A DNA stretch of 62,089 bases, filler included, from Collodictyon triciliatum (lineage: Eukaryota): NCBI GenBank assembly GCA_043381765.1. It is 4 parts of 4 records of this genome, joined end to end, with 100 filler letters (N's around TTAATTAATTAA, not from the genome) between each part and the next. Parts side by side here need not be neighbours in the genome. Positions count along the whole stretch, not along the records: positions 32,560 to 50,558 come from JBHJMP010000916.1; positions 50,659 to 62,089 come from JBHJMP010000917.1; 2 more parts are not named here. The stretch is one strand, 5' to 3'. A program made the position numbers and the translations under genes. This document shows, piece after piece, positions 47,333 through 60,000 of this stretch (positions are counted from its first letter, which is position 1; every line of letters begins with the position of its first letter). A model generated the notes under the pieces. The model made no database searches. It was not told the origin of the DNA and worked only from the letters and a program-made list of their open reading frames with translations.

Positions 47333-49660
47333 TTAGAGTTCCGAACGCAAGGGGCGGCTCTGCAGAGCCCCCAAGGCTTCCTTGATGGAGACTTTTTCAA
47401 AAATCACTCGGTAAACTTGCTCGCAAATCGGCATGTCGACTCCGAGCGAACTGGGAATGTAATTATTGATAATTTCTTTTAGAAAAAAAAAAAGTAATCC
47501 GAATATGCGCTATGGTTTCGTGGTATCAAAAAGTTCATCTCATGCCCTCCACATAATTATGGTGAATGGTTTTCTTCAAAAGGCCATCGTAATAATACAC
47601 ACGTTTTCCAAGTTTTATAAACATTGGACAGTATTCAATACACAGAATCTATGTTTTAAAACGGTACTGCTAAATAAAATGATATTGTGTTTAGACCCTT
47701 TCACTTACGTCGCAAGCTGATGCACTGAATACGCTGTATTGACACCTGAATATGTAGGTTGGAATTATTAACTAGATATTCAAGGCAGTATTGACCACAC
47801 CCATCAGAAAAAGTGTAATCCGACTCCTCGCACATACCCTTATTCGTGATTCAACTGAACAGGTGCACTAATAGAAAGTATATGAACGATTTCGATGAAC
47901 AAAATGTGGATAAAAAGTGCAACCAAACCTTCGGCGATTGTTTGCATGGATTTTTCTATTTCCTCAATAGATTCTCCTTTAGCCAATCGATTGCCAACTT
48001 GCCAGTTTCTCGACAGATTTCCTGTGCATGTCAGGACCAGGTCTCCAACACCACACAGACCCATCATCGTATGATGATTACCGCCCTTCTTTACAACCAA
48101 CCTATGAAAGACAAGTCATCACAAGCAGCTGTATTTTACTTATTTTTCCCTAAAAATCGAAAAGATAAAAAGGTACATGGATGAAGGTGCCTGAACAAAT
48201 ATACTGAAGGAACATATGAATCAGTTTCGACAATTCGCTTTCCAAATCATTACCGAGATATTTCAGCCAAGCCGCGGGTGATGAGCGCAGCACGAGCATC
48301 CAGACCAAAACCAAAACCATCACTCGCTCCGCAGGCAATCGCAATGACATTTTTCAACGCCCCACATAACTCAGCCCCAATCATATCACTCGAAGTGTAG
48401 ACACGAAACCATCTGTTTGACATGGTCTTTTGTATCTTTTGGGCCAATTCTAAGCTATGACTCGCAACAGTAACGTTTGTAGGTTTGAATTCCGATACCT
48501 TAGGATGTTTGTTTGTAGTTTGGTTTTTTTTTTTTTTTTTTTTTTTTTTTGTGGTGGTGGTGTTGCTAAAACTGGTGCAATACAATTGCTTCTCTCTCTT
48601 TATCTTTTATTAACTGCCATGACAGAGAAAATATTGGGAATTTGTTAAACATACCTCTTTAGCAAACGATGGACCAGAGAGAGCTGCGAGAAAGTTGTGG
48701 AACTTTCCTGGCAGTTCTTCCACAAGAATTTCGTATGGTGTCAGCAATGTGTTGTTTTCGATACCCTTGGAACAGCAGACGATTGGGACTCCTTGAAGAA
48801 AAAAATACGGGAAATATGTAGCATGTTATCTACTCAGAGGAATATATTATGTGTAGTATCCTCTATGCGTGTATATGAAATATACTAAAGAGACCAAGGA
48901 ATGAAAGTCGCTTCACATACCAGCGGGGATATTTTCCCTGTATTGAATGATGAATTTGCGAAGAAAGGCTGTCGGGATTACAAGCATAATTAACTCAGTT
49001 TCCTTCACAGCCTGTCAATGATACAAGAGTAATTTAGACTCGACATGGAACAGATAAATACGCTATTCCGTGTTGATAAGATTCTTTGGACGAAAAGAAA
49101 GGAGAGGAAGCTGATTGAAATGTTTACGAAGGGCGAGAAGATAAAAAAAAATATCTAGAGAAAAGGAATGAGTAAAACATATAAAAATAGGTATTCCTGA
49201 ATTTGTAAGCAAATCCCCCACCGTCAGAAGGTCTTGGCTGGCCGATATATTTTTAAGCAACTTAATTCCTTTCAAAAAGGTGATGTTTTCATGCGCCTTG
49301 TTAATAGACTCCACAACCTCGAATTCGTGCATACAATCGCAGAAATATGAAAGAAAGAGAATAAGAGAAAGAAAGAAACATCAGTATTTCTGCGTCAATA
49401 TAATCGACTGTACATCACCGAAATCGTTCAGTACTTCCTTCTTTTTTTTCTTTCCCCCAACGACCAGAACAAGACATGAAAGCTTTTCAGGCAAGTAGGA
49501 ATCAAGCACTAATCCTCTTTACCTCTGGCTCTCGCACCCACATCGTCACCTGGACTTGATTCGAAGCCAAAAGCTGTGCCATGGCCGTGCCGAATGCGCC
49601 GCCTCCAAGCACGGTTGCCTTCCGAATGTTCTCATTTGTCTGTGACTGCATCTCGGCCAT
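47333..49660 (-). CDS. gpsA: NAD(P)H-dependent glycerol-3-phosphate dehydrogenase, bacterial GpsA-like
   Basis: [103 protein letters not shown]. Confidence 0.9.
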
Positions 49661-50495
49661 ACCTCTTCTCTTTTCTTGCCTCGCTTTGAGCCTGCCTTCT
49701 TGTCAGACGTGCTCTCCTACAGAACAAACGAGCCCCAGCCGGGTGCATCACAAAATCAGTATGTCTCTGGTGTTTGAAATGAGCACAAAGAGCATCACAC
49801 ACGCTTCCTTTTGCCGCTGCCTTAGAAAACAAAAAGAGAGAGAGGAAGGTGGGGAATCCGCGAGAGTCTGTATATAAAATCAAGGCCATATCCCAGGATT
49901 CGACAGGATTGGGTGAGTTTCACATCGCGTTTGATCCTTGATGTTGCAACCTTTGCCTGGCAGAGCGGCGAGTGCGGCACGGTGGCCTTTGACGCAGAAT
50001 CCTTCCTTGGCGCTGCGTAGTCTTTCTGCTGCTGAAACGCAATACGCATCGTCTCTTTGCGTGTCTGTAGCGTGAAGAGGTGATGTCACGAAAAGATGCG
50101 GCGGGAAAATCCTGTTGTGGAAGTGGTTGGAACATCAGGGCAATGCCGTTTGCTGACTAATCTTCTACATAGAACTTGGCATCAGTGTAAAGTAAGATCG
50201 GAATCAACACAAATATACAATAATAGTACGCATAGATATCATAATATACTAGTATAAAGGTTAAATACGTAATCGGGTCTTACGTAGAGCTAAAAAAGAA
50301 AATGAATTATATTTTCCAGATTAATATGTTTATAATGACCACATCGCAGCCATAACTGGAACATGGTCGGGACATTCAGTGAAAGCTGGCGTGTTCTGGA
50401 TTGAATCTGATTCTCGATTCCATCTGCTCCACGCCTTGCGCTCACAACTCCAACAACCAGAAAGGCCAGTTAGGAAAGATCGTAGCGGCTGGCTG

Positions 50496-50558
<63 letters not shown>

Positions 50559-50602
50559 NNNNNNNNNNNNNNNNNNNNNNNNNNNNNNNNNNNNNNNNNN
50601 NN

Positions 50603-50614
50603 TTAATTAATTAA
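50603..50614. other. Artificial scaffold-joining spacer
   Basis: TTAATTAATTAA within Ns. Confidence 0.9.
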
Positions 50615-50658
50615 NNNNNNNNNNNNNNNNNNNNNNNNNNNNNNNNNNNNNNNNNNNN

Positions 50659-50726
<68 letters not shown>

Positions 50727-50729
50727 AAG

Positions 50730-50763
<34 letters not shown>

Positions 50764-51051
50764 AGGAAAAATAAGAAAAAAATAAATAAAAAGAAAGACA
50801 TAAGAGTCACTTCTTGACACTTGGCGGAGCCGATCAAAGAACAAAACCTCCCCAAACTGCCACAAGTCGAACGGGAATCACTGCAACAAAGCAGGCGATC
50901 GGATCTGCAAACTCAAACAGCCCTTCTCTGCACAAGTGTCTTTCACTTCGCGAGTAACCCCCAACCCCCCCATCTCATTCTCTCTTTTTTTTTTTTTCAC
51001 TTTCAAACCCCATTTATGGGCGCTTTAGAGCCAGTTGCGTCTTCTTGAGAA

Positions 51052-54000
51052 ATGAGCAAAGACGCTATAGCGCGTGCCGGAGGAGCTGAGTCGCTTCAGC
51101 GTTACAAACAATTCGAATACGGAGCGGTAAGTATTTTTTTTTTTATTAATTAAAAAAAAGAGCCAGCAAAAGCAGCAAACTAGACTTTTTCTTCTGCTGC
51201 CCTCCGCGACGCTACGTCACTTCGCGTTACTCTCATCTAACCCTCCCTGTTCGACCTCCCTTGTCTTTTTTCCCTCTTCCTCCGTAAATCTGTTCGTTCT
51301 TATTCAAGCTTCGTGTCCAACTCTTTGGGCCTAATGTGATCGTTTCAGACGATTAGAGTCAAAGATTCTTTTGTGCCATATCTGAAATACATATCCACGG
51401 ACAGAATGCCAATCTGGTGCTCACTGCAGAGCGCACCGGCCCACGCGAGCATTTGCCCAGTGGCGAGCCGGAAAGTTTGGCCGGGAAAATCCCTGGAAAG
51501 TTTGGGGATCGCGCAGTTCGCGAGCAAGCACCAGAGTTAAAAGCCCGTCTGGAGAAGAGTCAGAAAAAGTACCCCACAAGCAACAGCCACCCATTGTTTT
51601 CCACAGTTTCCCTTTTCATTAAGAATGTCCCATGAAATTCTAAATAAATACATGCAAACCTAGGCGCGAGTTGAAGCAGAAGTTGGAGGCTGCCGGGATA
51701 TCTAAGAAAAGCCGTTCTGGGAAGGCATGCCTTTTTCATTTCATTCTATTCCACCTATTGCTTTCGCACGCTATAAAATATCGTCGCAGTAGGGGCAGAG
51801 AAATGAACATTATGTTAAAATCTTTTCCATTTTGCCTTCAGTCCATAATAGTTAGAATACTTTGTTATGAATTTGAAATTAGTTTGAGTATGGAAATATT
51901 CTCCAAGCAGCAGAGGCTCTAGATACATCGCTGTATAGACCCAAGGTTTCTAATTTGTGACATTTTCCATTCGACCAAGTTGTATTATTGAAACTTCCCG
52001 AAATGGTCTCTCCTCGCCACATAAGCATGATTGCCAAACATATGATTTGATATCAGTTGGTTGTGGCTGTATGCCCCACACAAAATTTTTGGCAATATTT
52101 ATTGTCCCCTTCAATTTCCTCTTCACTTTGCATCACCCTGGAGTAATAGTCTCTCATTCAACTTGCAGACAAGAGAAACAAAAGTCATCTATGAGAAACT
52201 GCTCAACTCGATTCAACACATTATTGGTGATGTCCCACAAGATGTCCTTAGAGGGGCAGCCGACGAGGTCCTCCAAGTTCTGAAAAATACGCGCCTCAGG
52301 GTATACTCAATTATATGCTCTTCTCAATCATTTATGAAATCTAGCTATAGCAGCACGAAATCTATTCTGTCATTCTGACTTTATATAAAGAGAGCAGAGC
52401 CTTTTTTTTTTTTTGTTAAATTTCCTTGAGAAATAAATATTGAAATATACTGTGTGACCACTACAGGACCCTGAGCGTCACAAGGAGATCGAAAAGCTCC
52501 TGGACAAAATATCTCCCGACCAGTTTGCTGATTTTGTGGGCTTGGGTAAAGGAATTAATGATTTCTTTCCCGAAGAAGGACAAGTCGCCCCTGGTTCGTA
52601 AAAATACCGCCATATTTTTTAAACAATGATTTCCGTATATTAAAAACATGATTTTTGGTTGTCGCATTACATGTATTGGAAGACCATAATACTTCATTGA
52701 CACATTTTTCTTTTTAAACGAAATCATAGTCTCAGGAGACAAAATTGACTCTGAAATTGCTGTGGCTGTCGTCTTTGATGAAGAGGAAGAGGAGGCATTA
52801 GACGACTTGCAAGAAGACAGGTTTCTATGTTAGCAAATGGACGAAGCTGAAAACATGTGTCCCTCACTATTTTACTACACCTCTAGCACAGAAATTCCAT
52901 TTGTCTTTTCTTGTAATATATTAATGGATTACAGTGATGGAGCTGATGATGAGGAAGGAGAAGATACAAATCTCAACGATATTCGCCTTCAAGTAGTCCT
53001 TTGTTCTCCTTATGCCATACAGAAATATCGATTTGTAAAATTTTAACCTAAAACTAAGCCTTGATTGGATTTAAAATTAAATTTAGACGGCAAAAAACCC
53101 GCTCGATGAAGCTGATGATGACCGAGAAAATCTTGACCCAAGACTTGTTGATGCTTTCTGGTTGCAAAGAAGCCTTGCCAAATTCTGTAAAATTTCCTCT
53201 TGCGAACGCATATTATTACTTGGCTTTATCTCTCTTAAAACGCACACCTTCTGTGACCTTAGGGATCCATTCTCTTAATTGGAAACGAAACTCGCCTTTT
53301 TGTGACGTTTAGCCATTCAAACCAGCATATTTACACCATGTTTTTTTTTCTTAGACCCGGATGCTGACCATTGCCAAAAGATCACCAGCGAAGTACTTAG
53401 CGTTCTTCAGGTTTTATTTCCTTACATTTTTCCCTACATCATATCGATTGCGTAGCCTGAAAATTAAAGCAATACAAAAATTTAAAGTACATACGTCCTG
53501 GTATTACATTGTCTATTTTTTTTCTCCCATCACTTTTATTCCTATTTGAGTGTCCATATTTGAATTTGGGCCGTTTGAAATGGTTCTATCTATGATTACT
53601 CTAGGAAGAAGATACTCGTGAAACCGAAAACAAGCTCGTCCGACTATTGGACTATGACAAATTCGACCTCGTGAAGCAGTTACTTCACAACAGACTTATT
53701 GGTAATTCACTCATATCTTACTATTCTGCCTCTGCTATTACACAATCTTTTCCTTTTTTTTTCTCCTTTCCTCGCACCCTCATCAACTCGTATGTCCAGT
53801 TGTTTACTGTACAAGACTCCACCGAGCTCAATCAGAGAGCGAAAAGCACGCCATAGAAGACGAAATGAATGCCAGACCAGAAACCCGCGATATCCTGCTT
53901 GATTTGAAGTTTGTGATACTGAGCCCTTACGTGTCTATGCACAGCTTTCAAAATTTCTTTGAATTCAGTCGGCGTATAACTTCATATAAATTGATGGATA

Positions 54001-57000
54001 TTTTTATTTCAAACCAGAGGAGAGCGTCAAACAGCTGCAGAACGTCAAAGAACCTTGCAAAAGAACGTGCGAAAAGAAGCCAGGAATCTTGCAAAGATTC
54101 GAGAGAACGATGACGGAGGTATCAAACTTCTTAGGATAATTTTCCACAAAGATGAATACCCGTGTAATATATGACAAATTATGACAGCACACCGTCTAGC
54201 GTACTCCCCATCTCAAAAATAGCTCTGGGCTAAGACATTTCTAATCATATTCCATAAAAAAATTCAAGAAATGGAGATATTCGAAGGGGAAAGCGACAAC
54301 CGAACAAAGAATGTTCTTGATCTGGAATCACTCGAGTTTCAACAGGGTGGTCATTTCATGAGTAGTAAGCGTTGCGAATTACCTGGGGCTTTCCGCATTC
54401 AGAAGAAAGGCTACGAAGAGGTGCATGTTCCAGCTGTAAAGGCTCAAGCGCTTCAAGAAAATGAGCGACTTGTTCAAATTGCAGAGCTGCCTGAGTGGGC
54501 ACAAACTGTGTTCGAAGGAATGAAAAATCTTAATCGAATTCAGAGCAGGTGCTTCAAACTCGAATATCACTTTGTACATATACATCGAATACCAATTGCT
54601 AACTCTAACCAGAAGAAAAATAAATGAAAGAGAATGTGAGTTGGCTGTGTGTGTTTAATGTATGATTTTGCGTAGGCTCTACAATGCCACATTTTCGTCA
54701 GACGAAAATCTTCTCGTTTGCGCACCAACTGGTTAGGATTAGCTTTTTTTTTTAAAGTTTTTGTTCTGAGTTTATTCAAAAACGTTGAAACAATCTATAC
54801 TGTGTCTTGAAATATATCACGACAACGCCTTATTCATGTGAAAATTGAATATTTCAGGTGCTGGAAAGACCAATGTCGCCATTCTCACTATGCTACGAGC
54901 CATTTCGCATTTTAAGAATAGACACGGAAGCATTAACACAGTACTTTTTTTTTATACAATTTTATCATCATTTCTGTTCATCTATATTCACTCAACTTTT
55001 AAACAAAACCCACATTTACTATTTATAAAATTTCATTATCTTTATTCATTATATGTACATATAAAACGACTTTATTTATAACAGGACGGATTCAAAATTG
55101 TATACATCGCACCCATGAAATCTCTCGTTCAAGAAATGGTGGGTAACTTCTCCACTCGTCTGAAATCATTGGGGATAACGGTGAAGGAGCTCAGCGGAGA
55201 CCAAAACCTTACAAAAAGTCAAATCCAAGAGACCCAAGTGATTGTCACCACCCCAGAGAAGTGGGACATTGTTACTCGCAAAAGCGGAGACCGTACCTAC
55301 ACTCAGCTCGTTCGCTTGGTAATCATCGATGAGGTATGTATTGTGATGTCCCTCATGCAGCACAAACTGTATCTATTTTTTTTTTTGATCCATGAAATTG
55401 TGCTTAACCATGTTGAATGCGTTTATTGGGAACAATAGATTCACCTGCTGCATGACGACCGTGGACCGGTTTTGGAGTCGATCATATCTCGTACCATCCG
55501 CCAGGTATATACCAATCCTAATCCTAATCCTAATCCTAATCCTAATCCTAATCCTAATCCTAATCCTAATCCTAATACATCAAACGAAAAGAAACGAAAA
55601 GAGACACATCCACAATACGAATGCTTATCAATTCATACCCTGACAATTCACTGCTAAAGTCTCTACTATTGTAATAAGTAATATTTAGTACCAACACCCA
55701 TTTAGATTGAAAGGACTCAAGAACCTGTCCGTCTGGTTGGTCTCAGTGCAACGTTGCCTAATTTTGAGGACGTCGCTGCATTCCTGCGCGTTAATTCAGA
55801 GACAGGTAAGAATCAAGCGATATTCGTGTTCTACCCGAAAAATGTAGGATTCTTCTCTTTTGCCAAGGACCATCATCCTATGTGTCCTTTGCAAGTAGTC
55901 CAGATAGTCACAAATATAAATCCTGGTTAGGATTGTTCCATTTCGATGCCACCTTCCGTCCGTGTCCTCTTGAGCAACAATATATTGGTATCACCGAACG
56001 CAAAGCGATGAAAAGAATGCAACTCATGAACGACATCACATACGAGAAGGTGCATATAGTTATCTTGATCTCGTTTATCTTAGAGTTGCTTGACGAATAA
56101 AGAAAAAAATCCTAGAGTTGCTTGTCATATTTTTTTGACTTGCTAGAATTTTCTCCCCTTTTTCACCCATGCATGTTTTTGCCTCACATTTTTAAATCCA
56201 TAAGGTCATGGAGCAAGCCGGAAAGAACCAAGTTCTTATATTTGTGCACTCTCGAAAGGAAACAGCAAAGACTGCACGGGCAATCCGTGATACTGCGCTA
56301 GAAAATGATGTTATTGGACGCTTTTTGCGTGAGGATTCTGCAAGTCGGCGCATTCTGGCCGATGAAGCAGAAAAAGTTTCGAATCATGACCTCAAAGACT
56401 TGGTATGTCTCTTTTGTACTTTCATGTTTTCTCTGGGATGAAAGGACAATTGTTTAAGAATCCACCTCTCTACAATCTATGTGTGAAGATCGCTCAATTT
56501 TATTTTATTTTATTTCATGTCAGCTCCCGTACGGCTTTGGTATTCATCACGCAGGGATGACGAGAAGGTATCCTTTTTCTTTGCTATTAATGAAATAACG
56601 TCAATAGAGGATGCTTTGGAAATTTCACTCTCAGATACGCAATTCTAACGCAAGAGCATCTTTAGCGACCGTAACTTGGTTGAAGATTTGTTTGCTGACC
56701 GACATATTCAAGGTGGGCAATCCTTCAATATTCTGCTTATTATAACCGAATAACATTCGTGATGAATTTAAACTCTTATGTTTTTTCTTTCTGGTGCTAC
56801 CCTGCCCATTAAAACAAATAATTGTATCCCTATACAAACGCCTCTCATGTAATCATTCTACAAAAACACCAAATCTCATATCCAACTTCAGTGTTGATTT
56901 CTACTGCCACACTCGCATGGGGTGTAAATCTTCCTGCGCATACTGTCATCATCAAAGGGACCCAAATCTACTCCCCAGACAAAGGTAAGTGGGTGGAGCT

Positions 57001-60000
57001 AAGTGCCTTGGATGTTATGCAGATGATGGGACGTGCAGGTCGTCCTGCTTTCGACACCCATGGTGAAGGCATCATCATCACCAGCCACGAAGAGCTTCAA
57101 TTCTACCTATCACTGATGAACCAGCAACTTCCGATCGAAAGTCAGTTTATCTCTCGCCTGGCCGACAACCTGAATGCCGAAATCGTGCTGGGAACCATCC
57201 AGAACGTTCAAGAAGCGGTCAGTTGGCTCGGTTACACATACCTATATGTGCGAATGATTCGAAACCCAACACTTTACGGTATTTCTATCGACACAACCGA
57301 GAGTGACCCGCAACTGGAGCAACGCCGAACAGATCTAATTCATTCAGCAGCAGTTTTATTGGACAAAGCCAATCTGATCAAATACGACCGCAAAACTGGT
57401 ATTTACTTTTTTAATCATAATTTTCATTTCTTGCAATTATTCCATAGCGCCTCCATAGATAATTCATCCATAATCGAAAGCACTAATTTATATGTAAATA
57501 TGTTCAATTTTGATCAGAGCCTCGAAATTGAAAACTTACAATGTCCTCGCTATTCTAGGATTTATGCAAGTTACAGACCTTGGTCGCGTAGCAAGTCACT
57601 TTTACCTCACCCACCAAAGCGTGGCCACTTATAATGAGCTTCTCAAGCAAACAACAAGCGAGATTGATTTGTTCAGGTTCAACTCATAATTGTCCACATA
57701 ATTTTATGTATCATCGTTTTTGTTTTTGTGTTTCATACTTTTGAAATATTGTTCAATTCTATATTTTGTCATGTATTTCATGATAAGGATCGACTTTTGT
57801 TGCTGCACGTTTTCCTCAATTTTGAAATAATTACACCAGAATATTCTCGTTGTCTAACGAGTTCCGTAACATCATCGTCCGAGACGAGGAGAAACTTGAA
57901 CTAGAGAAACTCTTGGATGAAGTGCCCATCCCAATCAAGGAAGGAATTGAATTTCCCACGGCGAAGGTATTGCATCACTTTCTCTAATTTATTCCTTCAA
58001 AAGATACTCTTAGGTTTACGTCATAAACCTTCGTGAATTCTGAAGTTGAGTAACGTATGCTTGATTAGTGATTGGGAAACTGTTGTTCTAATATTTGTGA
58101 ACCTAAAAGGTGAATGTTCTTCTTCAAGCATATATTTCTCGGTTGAAATTAGAAGGATTTGCTCTGGTTGCTGACATGGTCTATATCACACAAAGCGCAG
58201 GTAGATATATGACTTGTCATACACATACGGATTGTTTCCTTTCCCGATTTAAAGAAATAGGAACTTGATGTGCCTGGAAATAAAGCATAGTCACTACAAG
58301 TTTAATGCAATGATCAAGCATCATGACGCGGTATTTCATTATATAAATGTGCAAATGATTTTTAGCCCGTATCATTCGTGCTCTCTTTGAAATCGTGGTG
58401 AGGAGAGGCTGGGCTCAACTGGCAGAAAAATGCCTCAACTTATCCAAGATGGTTGAGAAGCGCATGTGGGGTTCACAGACTCCACTCCGCCAATTCAAGG
58501 TTTGGGAATACTTTTTTTTTTTTTATCTTTTTCTCAGATAGGGAATTACAAAATTGAGCTATCTGGTGTTGTTGTCTACTTTCCTGAATCCGAGATGTGT
58601 TGCCGATATGATACGTCATCACCTACTATACCCTGGACTAACTACCAATTTCATTCCCAAGGGAATTCCATCAGACGTCCTCAGTAAATTGGAGAAAAAA
58701 GATTTGGGATGGGAAACTCTTGTGGACCTCAATCACCAAGACCTCGGCGAGTTAGTCAGAAACCCCAAACAAGGTATCTTTATCTTAATCCGCTTGGGAA
58801 TATTTCATGATTAACGAAAAGATCACCTATTTTCCCTTTAATATAGTAGAAACCAAGTCAATAGTCAGACACAACATAAACTTACTGCAATATACCCTAA
58901 AAACAGAGACAAATATTTCCTATTTCTTATAATTAAAATGCATGATTTGAAATCGCAGGAAAGGCTCTCTATAAGGCAATCCATCAACTGCCACGGCTAG
59001 ACATGTCTGTCTTTGTGCAGCCCATCACACGGTCCTTCCTGAAAGTGGAACTGACCATAACGCCTGACTTTGCTTACGATGAAAAGGTATTCCGCACCGA
59101 TACCACGCCTATGACGAACCACATAGATGTGGAAATGTATGTTTTCCCCTCTTTATTTATTGACACATGAAACAAATCTTTATTCAGATTCATGGTCCTG
59201 GCGAGGCCTTCTGGATTCTTGTTCAGGACGTGGATAGCGAGCGTATTCTTCACCACGAATATTTCCTACTCAAAAAGAAATACGCGACCGATACACACGT
59301 CGTAGAGTTTCATGTTCCAATATTCGAGCCACTCCCACCTCAATACTTTGTCAAGGTTCTTTCCGACCGGTGGATTGGGTCGGAGAGCATTTTCCCGATC
59401 AGTTTCCGCCACCTAATTCTACCAGAGAAGGTAAGGCTTTTGTACTTTACAGTACATGCAGACGGGTCATTATCCCTCTCCAAAATGTACCACCGTACCA
59501 TTTCATCGCTGTTTTGATATGTAGAAAGTACTTAACACAGCATCATCATCAACAGTAAATCTGTCGTTGGTCTACTCTCCATTTGCTTTTAAAGCTTTTG
59601 AATACATGTTGCGCTTTTCTAATGCCTATCTTCCGTGCAGTATCCACCACACACAGAACTCCTCGATTTGCAGCCGTTATCGATCGGGGCTCTAAAGAAC
59701 AGAGAATACGAGGCACTATACCCCAAGTTCAAATACTTTAATCCAATTCAGACTCAGGTCTTTGGTATCTTATATGGCCACGACGGTAACCAATATTAAT
59801 TAATTAATTGCACAAATTCCAACTCTCCATCAATTTTTTTAACAGTATTATAATTAACGAATTCATCTATATTATTTTTTGATTTTTCTATATATCTTAT
59901 TATCTTGTCGCCAGATAATGCCCTTGTCTGCGCCCCTCCTGGTAGTGGAAAAACCGTCTGTGCCGAGTTTGCTTTATTCCGCAAATTTTCTCAAAAATTG

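Noticed and set aside
47333-47344. C-terminal SEL of G3PDH as a peroxisomal PTS1
   Set aside because: An acidic middle residue is non-canonical, and RPLRSE matches the normal GpsA terminus.
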